From Negativicutes bacterium (GTDB lineage: Bacteria; Bacillota; Negativicutes; SKW292): DNA of 32,544 nucleotides. Shown here piece by piece: positions 19,183 to 27,265 of the stretch (the first letter of the stretch is position 1; each line of letters opens with the position of its first letter). Location: NCBI GenBank assembly GCA_026416215.1, contig JAOAFP010000007.1, positions 1 through 32,544 on the forward strand, in the 5' to 3' direction. The notes beneath the pieces were generated by a model that worked only from the letters and a program-made list of their open reading frames with translations, did no database searches and was not told the origin of the DNA. The position numbers and the translations under genes are program-made.

Positions 19183-19360
19183 GCCGGCCGGTGGCGAAAT
19201 CAGGGTCAGCAGGACAGGAATCCGGCGGGCAGCAGTCCCGAAAATTCCATCTCAGTCCGGTGTTGATCCGGACGGGCCGGCGGCGCGCACCTACCGGCCT
19301 CGGCCGGCGGGAATGCGGTCGCGGTAAAAATTTTTTAAGGCGATCAAGGGAGGAAACGAA

Positions 19361-20398
19361 GTGGGCAAGCTTTACATTCGCACCGTCGCTCTGATTCTGG
19401 CGATCAGTCTGTCGGCAGGCTGTGCAACGGCCCTGGCGGCGGCCGGGCCGGCCGCGGAACTCACCATGGCCGGCAAGCTGTCCGCCCTGGAAAAAGCCTA
19501 CTACGGCAGTGAACAGGCCGGAGCGTTGCTGGAACGGGTCGACCGGCTGGAAACCGATGTCTACGGAATGCGGGGGACAACATCGCTGGATGAGAGGCTG
19601 ACCAATCTCTACACTTACACGTTCGTGACCAGCGACAGTACGCCGCCGTCGTTTGTTCTCAAGCTCAACGCCGTTGAGTGGGGGGTGACCCACAATATCA
19701 GCGACGGGCCGCTGAAAAACCGGTTGACCAAGGTTTACCAGCTGGTGGTGGGCAACGACACCCAGATGTCGCTGAACGACATGCTGCGCAAGCTGTCCAC
19801 TGTCACTTTCGGTAACCAGTCGGCCACCTTCAGTGCCGTCACTGTTCCCAAGGATACGCTGATCAAGATTGAGTTCATCAACGACGCCAACAGCAAAACC
19901 TCACGGGTGGGGGACCCGCTCAACTTCAAGGTGGCGGAGGATGTGACGATCAACGGGGTGGTGGCCATCCCCAAGGGGGCGTACGGTCGCGCCAAGGTCA
20001 GCAAGGCTGAGCCGGCCGGCAGTTTTGGCCGCCAGGGACAGCTGGAAGCCAGTTTTCAGGATGTTACGGCTATGGATGACAGTTCAGTCGGGGTGTTTCT
20101 CGGCGAAAAGGCCAAACAGGAAAGCACCAACATGGCTTATGCGGCCGGGGCCAGCCTGGTCGGGCTGGCACTGCTCGGCCCGGTGGGGCTGATTGGCGGC
20201 ATTTTCGTCCAGGGCGACGAGGTGAGCATTAAATCCGGCCAGATGCTTTATCTTCAGACCACCAAGGCCACCACGGTGTACGGTGTGCAGCCGCCGGCCG
20301 CCGACGGCGGCAGCCCGCCCGGCAGCTCTCCCGACGGCGAGATTGCCGAGTACCATGTAAGCAGCGACGACAGCAACAACCAGTGGGTGAACTACTGA
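19361..20398 (+). CDS. Lipoprotein of unknown function with a C-terminal glycine-zipper hydrophobic segment
   Basis: GTG start after GGGAGG. Lipobox LSAGC at residues 17-21. Duplicated LE-x-x-YG...L-(E/D)-R motif near the N-terminus. Also contains AAGASLVGLALLGPVGLIGGIF and an acidic Pro/Ser/Gly tail. Confidence 0.6.
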   Translation: MGKLYIRTVALILAISLSAGCATALAAAGPAAELTMAGKLSALEKAYYGSEQAGALLERVDRLETDVYGMRGTTSLDERLTNLYTYTFVTSDSTPPSFVLKLNAVEWGVTHNISDGPLKNRLTKVYQLVVGNDTQMSLNDMLRKLSTVTFGNQSATFSAVTVPKDTLIKIEFINDANSKTSRVGDPLNFKVAEDVTINGVVAIPKGAYGRAKVSKAEPAGSFGRQGQLEASFQDVTAMDDSSVGVFLGEKAKQESTNMAYAAGASLVGLALLGPVGLIGGIFVQGDEVSIKSGQMLYLQTTKATTVYGVQPPAADGGSPPGSSPDGEIAEYHVSSDDSNNQWVNY

Positions 20399-20450
20399 TC
20401 AGACAGCCGGCGGGGCCGGTCCGGGCCGGCGCCGTCATTCAGGTCCTGAC

Positions 20451-20476
20451 AAACCGCCTGCGGGCGGTTTTGTTGT
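20451..20476 (+). terminator. Intrinsic terminator after the lipoprotein gene
   Basis: AAACCGCC (20451-20458) pairs with GGCGGTTT (20463-20470). The loop is TGCG and the stem runs into TTTTGTTGTT. Confidence 0.7.
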
Positions 20477-20510
20477 TGCCGTTGGCCAAAGGGATCGGGG
20501 AGGGGGAAAG

Positions 20511-21335
20511 GTGCTAAGAAACTGGCAGAAAATGCTCATTTACCTGTCGCTGGCCGGGGTGTGGCTGGTGACGGCCGGACCATTTCTCTGGCTGCTCAGC
20601 ACCTCGCTCAAGGACAAAAATGCCAACATTTTCGCCTATCCGCCGCAATTCTGGCCGCAGCCGCCGACACTGGAAAATTTTGCCGTGGTCACGCAGGCGG
20701 TGCCGATGGCCGGCTATTTCGTCAACAGCCTGATTGTGGCGGCAATAGCAGTGGCCGGACAGCTGCTGCTCTGCTCGATGGCGGCGTTTCCGCTGGCCCG
20801 GATGCGGTTTGTCGGGAGGAGGCTGATCTTCCTGCTGATCGTCAGCACGATGATGATCCCTGGGCAGGTGTGCATTTTGCCGCTGTTTATCATGGTGGCC
20901 GGCTGGGGACTGAAGAACAGCTATCTGGGTCTGGTTCTGCCGTCTCTGGTCGGGGCGTTCGGGATTTTTCTGCTGCGGCAGGCATTCCTGGCCGTGCCGC
21001 GATCGCTGGAGGAGGCGGCGGTGCTCGATGGGATGAACCCCTGGCAGATCTGGTGGCGGGTGCTGCTGCCGGCCGTCAGACCGGCACTGTCTACGCTGGC
21101 CATATTTTCGTTCGTGGCAGTCTGGGGTGATTTTATGTGGCCGCTGCTGATCACCGACGATCCGCACTATTTTACCCTGGCCCTGGGGGTGCAGCAGTTG
21201 TCGGGGACATTCACCCTTGACTGGCGGCTGGTGGCGGCCGGGGCGGTGATCAGCATCCTGCCGATTGTCGTGCTGTTCGCCTTCTGTCAGCGCTACTTCA
21301 TCAGCGGCACGGTCACCTCCGGGGTCAAAGAATGA
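20511..21335 (+). CDS. Carbohydrate-type ABC transporter permease (MalG / CUT1 family), with no partner genes nearby
   Basis: Six predicted TM segments. Intact EAA loop SLEEAAVLDGMNPWQIWWRVLLPAVRP. GTG start after GGGGAGGGGGAAAG. Confidence 0.8.
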   Translation: MLRNWQKMLIYLSLAGVWLVTAGPFLWLLSTSLKDKNANIFAYPPQFWPQPPTLENFAVVTQAVPMAGYFVNSLIVAAIAVAGQLLLCSMAAFPLARMRFVGRRLIFLLIVSTMMIPGQVCILPLFIMVAGWGLKNSYLGLVLPSLVGAFGIFLLRQAFLAVPRSLEEAAVLDGMNPWQIWWRVLLPAVRPALSTLAIFSFVAVWGDFMWPLLITDDPHYFTLALGVQQLSGTFTLDWRLVAAGAVISILPIVVLFAFCQRYFISGTVTSGVKE

Positions 21336-22438
21336 AACTGTGGCTCAACCGGTGGGAGCCGCTGGTGATCATCACCATCCTGCTGTCCCTGGTCGGTACG
21401 GTCAACATATTAAGCGCCAGTTTTGTCCGGGCTGAGCAAATCTACGGCGATGCCTGGTTTTTCCTCAAGCGCCACCTGGTCTACCTGTCGCTGGGGATGG
21501 CGGTGCTGGCGGCGGTGATCAGGGTGCCGCCGGCCACCTGGCGCAACCGGCGGATGCTGACCGTGGCAACGGTGTCGATTGGGCTGCTTTTGCTGCTGGT
21601 TTCCTTCACCGGTGTCGGTACGGTAATCAACGGCTCGCGCCGCTGGCTGATGGTCGGCGGGGTTTTGCAGTTCCAGCCTTCCGAACTGGCGAAAATTGTC
21701 GTAATTATGCTGGCCGCTCGCTATCTGTCCGACAACCGGCGGCAGGGCGGCAATGTTTCGCTTTGGTCGGGGCCGCTGGCAGTGGCAGCGGGCTACGCCG
21801 CCATGGTCCTGAAGCAGCCGGATATGAGCACGGCTACCCTGATTGTGGCTGTGCCGCTGCTCCTGTTTCTGATCGCCGGGGTCTCCCGGGTTGCCTGGCT
21901 GGCATTGCTGACCGGTGGGGTAGCCGGTCTAATCGGTCTGGCCGGTTTTGCCAGTTACCGGCTGGCCCGGCTCAAAGCCTGGTGGGATCCCTGGGCGGAT
22001 TTTGACAAGAGCGGCTACCAGAGTGCCCAGGCACTGATCGCCATTGGTGCCAGCGGACTGACTGGAGCGGGGCTGGGCAAGGGCTACAGCAAGTTTAACT
22101 ATCTGCCCGAGGCCCATACCGATTTTGCCTTTGCCGTGCTGTGCCAGGAGTGGGGAATTGCTGGGGCGGTGGTGGTGACGGTACTGTTTGGCCTGCTGGT
22201 GTTCTACGGCGTGCAGGTGGCGATTCGGGCCGACCGGCACGGCTGCTTTCTCAGTCTGGGAATGATATTGCTGATCGGCTGTCAGGCCGCCGTCAACATG
22301 GCCATGGTTACCGGTCTGCTGCCGGTGATGGGAATTCCGTTGCCGTTCATCAGCTACGGGGGAACGGCGCTGCTGGTTCAGTTTTTTGCCGTGGCGGTGG
22401 TGGTGGCGGTCGGCCGGACCAACGAGCGGACGGCCTGA
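21332..22438 (+). CDS. SEDS-family peptidoglycan glycosyltransferase (FtsW/SpoVE-type)
   Basis: 368 aa polytopic protein with ILSASFV, RRWLMVGGVLQFQPSELAKI, PDMSTA, PEAHTDFAFAV and LPFISYGGTALL motifs. Its ATG overlaps the permease TGA (ATGA). Confidence 0.85.
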   Translation: MKLWLNRWEPLVIITILLSLVGTVNILSASFVRAEQIYGDAWFFLKRHLVYLSLGMAVLAAVIRVPPATWRNRRMLTVATVSIGLLLLLVSFTGVGTVINGSRRWLMVGGVLQFQPSELAKIVVIMLAARYLSDNRRQGGNVSLWSGPLAVAAGYAAMVLKQPDMSTATLIVAVPLLLFLIAGVSRVAWLALLTGGVAGLIGLAGFASYRLARLKAWWDPWADFDKSGYQSAQALIAIGASGLTGAGLGKGYSKFNYLPEAHTDFAFAVLCQEWGIAGAVVVTVLFGLLVFYGVQVAIRADRHGCFLSLGMILLIGCQAAVNMAMVTGLLPVMGIPLPFISYGGTALLVQFFAVAVVVAVGRTNERTA

Positions 22439-22459
22439 CAGTGGGGAGGAGGGAAGAAA

Positions 22460-23953
22460 ATGTTGGATCAAATTGATCTTTCCCGCACAGTGGACAAGGA
22501 GGAATACCGCCGGGAAATCAGGCGACTGGGGCTGAGACTGGCTGGATTGCAGCGGCAGGCCCGGGATTTGAAGATTCCCCTGGCAATAGTGTTTGAGGGC
22601 TGGAATGCCGCCGGCAAGGGAACGCTGCTGAACAAGCTGTTGCAGTGGCTGGATCCGCGGGGGTTCACCGTTTACAACATGAAGGCACCGCAGGAGGATG
22701 AAGCCATGCGGCCGTTTTTGTGGCGGTTCTGGCTGAAAACTCCGGCCCGGGGCAGAATTTCGATTTTCGACCGCAGCTGGTACCGGCGGGTGGTGACCGA
22801 CCGGGTGGAGCGCAAGGTGGGTGAACGACAGTCACTCAAGGATTATCACGACATTAGTGTCTTTGAGCGGCAGCTGGCCGACGATGGCTGTGTGGTGCTG
22901 AAATTTTTCCTTCACATCAGCAAAAAGGAGCAGGGCAAACGATTCAGGGCCCTTGAGGCCAACAAGTCCACCGCCTGGCGGGTGACGGCCGAGGACTGGC
23001 GGCACCACAAGGAATATGATGACTACCTGCGCATGTACGATGCAATGCTGGTTCACACCAATCATCATTATGCGCCGTGGACGGTGATTGAGGCGCAGGA
23101 TACCCGTTATGCCACCCTGAAGGTGTTCCGTCACCTGATCGACGCCCTGGAGAAACAGATTGCCGCCGTCAGGCAGGCGGCCGGCCGCCCGGCCGAGAAA
23201 CCGCACATCGATATCAATGACGGCAGCTGGCGCTGGGAGTCATCTATGCTGGAACGGGCCGATCTGTCGCTGACCATGTCCCGCGACGAATACAGGCAGC
23301 AGCTGAAAAAATACCAGAAGCGTCTGCTCGAAATCGAACACGAAATATACGAGCGGCGCATCCCGGTGGTTATTGTCTACGAAGGCTGGGATGCAGCCGG
23401 CAAAGGGGGGAACATCAAACGGCTGACGGAAAATCTTGATCCCCGCGGTTATGAGGTCATTCCGGTTTCCGCCCCCAGCCGGGAGGAATTCAGTCATCAC
23501 TATCAGTGGCGGTTCTGGCGGGCGCTGCCCAAGGCCGGACACATTGCGATCTTCGACCGTTCGTGGTACGGCCGGGTGCTGGTTGAGCCGATCGAGGGTT
23601 TCTGTACAGCCGGGGAGTGGCAGCGGGCCTATCAGGAGATCAACGAAATGGAGGAAACTTGGGCCAATTTTGGCACGGTGATCTTCAAATTCTGGCTCCA
23701 CATCGACAAGGAGGAGCAGCTGAGGCGGTTCAGCGAACGGCAGGCCAACCCCGACAAGCAGTACAAAATCACCGAAGAGGACTGGCGCAACCGGGACAAA
23801 TGGGACCAGTACCAGCACCTGGTGGATGAAATGCTGATCCGGACCAGTACCCCGTACGCGCCCTGGACGGTGGTGGAGTCCAACTGCAAGCTTTACGCCC
23901 GGATCAAGGTGTTGCAGAACATCGTTGAACGGATGGACAGGGTGCTGGGGTAG
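22460..23953 (+). CDS. Two-domain polyphosphate kinase 2 (PPK2 class II, polyphosphate:AMP/ADP phosphotransferase type)
   Basis: Two PPK2 modules, each with a P-loop plus FDRSWY: VFEGWNAAGKGT...IFDRSWYRR and VYEGWDAAGKGG...IFDRSWYGR. Both also carry the W+V / APW lid motifs. RBS is GGGGAGGAGGG. Confidence 0.85.
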   Translation: MLDQIDLSRTVDKEEYRREIRRLGLRLAGLQRQARDLKIPLAIVFEGWNAAGKGTLLNKLLQWLDPRGFTVYNMKAPQEDEAMRPFLWRFWLKTPARGRISIFDRSWYRRVVTDRVERKVGERQSLKDYHDISVFERQLADDGCVVLKFFLHISKKEQGKRFRALEANKSTAWRVTAEDWRHHKEYDDYLRMYDAMLVHTNHHYAPWTVIEAQDTRYATLKVFRHLIDALEKQIAAVRQAAGRPAEKPHIDINDGSWRWESSMLERADLSLTMSRDEYRQQLKKYQKRLLEIEHEIYERRIPVVIVYEGWDAAGKGGNIKRLTENLDPRGYEVIPVSAPSREEFSHHYQWRFWRALPKAGHIAIFDRSWYGRVLVEPIEGFCTAGEWQRAYQEINEMEETWANFGTVIFKFWLHIDKEEQLRRFSERQANPDKQYKITEEDWRNRDKWDQYQHLVDEMLIRTSTPYAPWTVVESNCKLYARIKVLQNIVERMDRVLG

Positions 23954-23965
23954 GCCGGACGGCGG

Positions 23966-25987
23966 GTGAACAGCGTGGCAACGGTGCAAAAACGGATCGT
24001 TCTGGTCATGCTGGCGGTGCTGGCGATGCTGGCCGCGGTGGTGGTGCGGGTGGCCTGGCTGCAGGCCGCCCGCAGTGATGAGCTGGCGGCCAGGCTTAGG
24101 GGACAGGTCATGGACAACAAGGCGATCAATATGCCGCGGGGGCCGATTTACGACCGCAATGGCCGGGAAATGGCGATGAGCATCACGGTTAAATCCCTGT
24201 ACGCCGATCCGATGTTGATCCGGAAGGAGGGCAAGGTCGATCCGGCAGCGGTGGCCCGGGCCATTTCCCCCCTGCTCGGGCTGAGTGAGGATGAGATTGT
24301 CAGGAAACTGACAAGCGACAGCGGTTTTGTCTGGCTGAAACGGCTGCTGGACAAGCCGGCCAGCGACGAAATTGGCCGGCTGATCAGGGAAAACGGCTGG
24401 AACGGGGTTGCGTTTGTCGAGGAGAGCAAGCGGATTTATCCCAACGACGAGCTGGCAGCCCAGGTGATAGGGTTCGTCGGCACCGATGACAACGGACTGG
24501 CCGGGATCGAGCTGGAATTCGACAGCAAACTGCGCGGCGGCCGATACGACCAGTGGGTGGAAACCGATATGTCGGGGACGCCGATTTTCGATTCGATAAT
24601 TCAGTACACCAGCAAACGGCAGGGCAAAGCCCTGTACCTGACTGTTGACCAGGTGGTGCAGGCAATTGTGGAACAGGCGCTGGACCGGGGGGTGCAGGCC
24701 ACCAAGGCCGACGGGGCGGTGGCTATTGTTCTTGACCCCAGGACGGGTGAGGTGCTGGCCATGGCCAGCCGTCCGACCTTTAATCCCAATCGTTACGAGC
24801 AGGCCAGCCCGGTCAGCTGGCGCAACCGGGCGATCAGCATGGTGTACGAGCCGGGCTCGACCTTTAAGCCGGTGGTGGCGGCGGCGGCCATGCAGCTGGG
24901 ACTGGTCCATCCTGATGACCCGCTGTATGACGGCGGCTCGGTTAGTGTCGGCGAGCGGGTGATTAAAAACTGGGACGGCGGCGGACTGGGAGCGGTGACA
25001 TTCACCGACATAGTCAAGTATTCGGTCAATACCGGGTTTGTTCAGGTCGGGCTGAGGATGACGGCTGATCAGGAGCTGGATTTTGTCGAAAAATTCGGGT
25101 TTGGCCAGCCGACCAGGATTTCCCTGCCGGGAGAGGAAAGCGGGATTCTTTTCTCCCGGGCCGACATCACCCGCTCCGATCAGGCGTCGATGTCGATCGG
25201 CCAGGGTGTGGCTGTCACCCCCATTCAACTGATCCGGGCGATTGCTGCCATTGCCAACGGCGGCCTGCTGCTGGAACCACACATCGTGCGGGAAATTCGT
25301 GACGCCGAGGGCGGGGTGGAATTCGATGCATCAACCACCCCGGTCCGGCAGGTCATCCAGCCGGAGGTGGCAGCCGAACTGGCGAAAATGATGCAGCAGG
25401 TGATCAGCGACGGCAGTGGCAAGCGGGCGGCAGTGAAGGGCTATAACCTGGCTGGCAAGACCGGTACGGCTGAGCGGCTGCGCGAGGGAGGGGGAGGATA
25501 TTCCGGCTACATTGCCTCGTTTGTCGGGTTTGGCCCGGTCGAGGAGCCGCAGTTCGTCGTGCTGGTGGTGATCGACAATCCCAAGGGGCTGATCTACGGG
25601 GGAGAAATTGCCGCCCCGGTGTTCCGGGAAATAGTTTCACAGCTTCTCAGTTACCGCAATGTTCCCCGGACGGTGGACAGCGTGGTCGAGCAGGCGGCAC
25701 GGACCGCGGCCCCGCCATCCGGCAGCGATGGCAAGTCATCGCCGCCCCCTCCGGCCGGCAACGGCGCAACCGGCCGGCCGGTCATGCCGGACCTGCGGGG
25801 GCTCAACGTCCGGCAGGTCTGCACGATGCTGTCTGACCGGGGGATTGGGGTGAGAATAAACGGCAGCGGTCTGGCAGTCGGCCAGTCGGTGCCGCCGGGC
25901 CGCCCCCTGGATGAAAACGAAGTGGTGACGGTTGACTTTGCCTGGCCGGTTTCCCCGCTCGCCGGGCCAGGCAGGCAGGAACGATAA
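23966..25987 (+). CDS. Class B penicillin-binding protein (FtsI/SpoVD-type transpeptidase) with one C-terminal PASTA domain
   Basis: N-terminal TM anchor and the dimerisation-domain motif RGPIYDRNG. Catalytic motifs STFK, SVN and KTGTA are present. PASTA-like MPDLRGLNVRQVCTMLSDRGIGVRINGSGLAVGQSVPPG. Confidence 0.9.
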   Translation: MNSVATVQKRIVLVMLAVLAMLAAVVVRVAWLQAARSDELAARLRGQVMDNKAINMPRGPIYDRNGREMAMSITVKSLYADPMLIRKEGKVDPAAVARAISPLLGLSEDEIVRKLTSDSGFVWLKRLLDKPASDEIGRLIRENGWNGVAFVEESKRIYPNDELAAQVIGFVGTDDNGLAGIELEFDSKLRGGRYDQWVETDMSGTPIFDSIIQYTSKRQGKALYLTVDQVVQAIVEQALDRGVQATKADGAVAIVLDPRTGEVLAMASRPTFNPNRYEQASPVSWRNRAISMVYEPGSTFKPVVAAAAMQLGLVHPDDPLYDGGSVSVGERVIKNWDGGGLGAVTFTDIVKYSVNTGFVQVGLRMTADQELDFVEKFGFGQPTRISLPGEESGILFSRADITRSDQASMSIGQGVAVTPIQLIRAIAAIANGGLLLEPHIVREIRDAEGGVEFDASTTPVRQVIQPEVAAELAKMMQQVISDGSGKRAAVKGYNLAGKTGTAERLREGGGGYSGYIASFVGFGPVEEPQFVVLVVIDNPKGLIYGGEIAAPVFREIVSQLLSYRNVPRTVDSVVEQAARTAAPPSGSDGKSSPPPPAGNGATGRPVMPDLRGLNVRQVCTMLSDRGIGVRINGSGLAVGQSVPPGRPLDENEVVTVDFAWPVSPLAGPGRQER

Positions 25988-26063
25988 AAAATCTGGCGAA
26001 TAGGAACCGTAAGGCGGGCGGACAGGCAGCAAATGTCAAAATAAAAATCAGGGAGGTTGACCA

Positions 26064-27191
26064 ATGATCATCGGGGTGCCAAAGGAAATTAAGGACAACG
26101 AGAACCGGGTGGGGCTGACTCCGGCCGGGGCGGAGGCACTGAAGAATCACGGCCATCAGGTGATGATCGAGCACAACGCCGGGCTGGGCAGCGGTTTCAC
26201 TGACGCTGACTATCAAAAGGCGGGGGCGGAGATCATTCACGACAAGCGCCGGCTGTTTGACCGGGCGGACATGATCGTCAAGGTTAAGGAGCCGCTGCCC
26301 CCGGAGTACGACCTGTTTCACGAGGATCAGATACTGTTTACTTACCTTCATCTGGCACCGGAGCCGGAGCTTACCCGCGCTCTGCTCAACAAACGGGTGG
26401 TGGGCATTGCCTACGAGACCATCACCGGCAAGGATGGCCGGGGCCTGCCGCTGCTGAAGCCGATGAGCGAAGTGGCCGGACGGATGTCGGTGCAGATTGG
26501 GGCGCAGTTCCTGACCAAGACCTACGGTGGACTGGGAGTACTGCTGGGCGGTGTACCGGGGGTGTGTCCGGCCCAGGTGGTGATTATCGGCGGCGGGATC
26601 GTCGGCACCAATGCTGCAAAGATGGCACTGGGTATGGGGGCCAGGGTTACGATTATGGACAACAACCCCGACCGGATGCGGGAACTGGATGATATCTTCG
26701 GCGGCCGGCTGGTGACAGTTATGTCCAACAGCTACAACATCGCCGAGTGGGTGGCTAGGGCCGACTTGCTGATCGGGGCGGTGCTGGTGCCGGGGGCCAA
26801 GGCGCCCAAACTGGTCAAGGAAGAAATGGTCAAAGGTATGCGGCCGGGGGCGGTGATCGTGGATGTGGCGATCGACCAGGGCGGTTCGATCGAAACCATT
26901 GACCGGATAACCACCCACAGCGAGCCAACCTACGAAAAATACGGAGTGGTGCACTACGCGGTGGCCAATATGCCGGGAGCAGTACCGCGGACTTCGACAT
27001 TTGCCCTGACCAACGCCACCATGGAGTACGCCCTGGCTATTGCCGACATGGGCTGGCGCAAGGCGGTGTCGACCATTCCCGGGCTGGCCTCGGGTGTGAA
27101 CGTCTGCGAGGGTAAACTGACCTACAAAGCGGTGGCGGATGACCTGGGGCTGACCTATACCCCGCTGGACCGGGTCTGTGATATAAGGTAG
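26064..27191 (+). CDS. ald: L-alanine dehydrogenase
   Basis: [22 protein letters not shown] is the canonical N-terminus. NAD fold [14 protein letters not shown], and VDVAIDQGG. Confidence 0.95.
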   Translation: MIIGVPKEIKDNENRVGLTPAGAEALKNHGHQVMIEHNAGLGSGFTDADYQKAGAEIIHDKRRLFDRADMIVKVKEPLPPEYDLFHEDQILFTYLHLAPEPELTRALLNKRVVGIAYETITGKDGRGLPLLKPMSEVAGRMSVQIGAQFLTKTYGGLGVLLGGVPGVCPAQVVIIGGGIVGTNAAKMALGMGARVTIMDNNPDRMRELDDIFGGRLVTVMSNSYNIAEWVARADLLIGAVLVPGAKAPKLVKEEMVKGMRPGAVIVDVAIDQGGSIETIDRITTHSEPTYEKYGVVHYAVANMPGAVPRTSTFALTNATMEYALAIADMGWRKAVSTIPGLASGVNVCEGKLTYKAVADDLGLTYTPLDRVCDIR

Positions 27192-27201
27192 CGAACAGGC
27201 G

Positions 27202-27238
27202 GGCGGAAAAAAGGCGGGTAACCGTCTTTTTTTCCGCC
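27202..27238 (+). terminator. Long hairpin / intrinsic terminator after ald
   Basis: GGCGGAAAAAAGGCGG / GTAA loop / CCGTCTTTTTTTCCGCC. The inner G/C stem is followed by a 7-T run, and the A-run pairs with the T-run to extend the stem. Confidence 0.65.
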
Positions 27239-27265
27239 GGCACAACTACCGGCGGGAGAAAAACG

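Noticed and set aside
19294-19307. Palindrome CCGGCC-TC-GGCCGG, considered as a terminator or protein-binding site.
   Set aside because: A 2-nt loop is sterically impossible and no T-tract follows. Such GC palindromes are expected by chance at this GC content.
23240-25282. Very long antisense ORFs opposite well-supported genes. Examples: 23240..25282 (680 aa), 27320..29206 (628 aa), 25803..27245 (480 aa), 8769..10046 (425 aa), 10179..11384 (401 aa), 12850..13965 (371 aa), 15048..15935 (295 aa), 2418..3233 (271 aa).
   Set aside because: These are typical shadow ORFs of high-GC DNA. The translations are Arg/Pro/Gly/His/Gln-rich with no recognisable motifs. Each lies opposite a gene with strong family signatures (PPK2/PBP, alr/yhaM, ald, topA, hutH, atpA).
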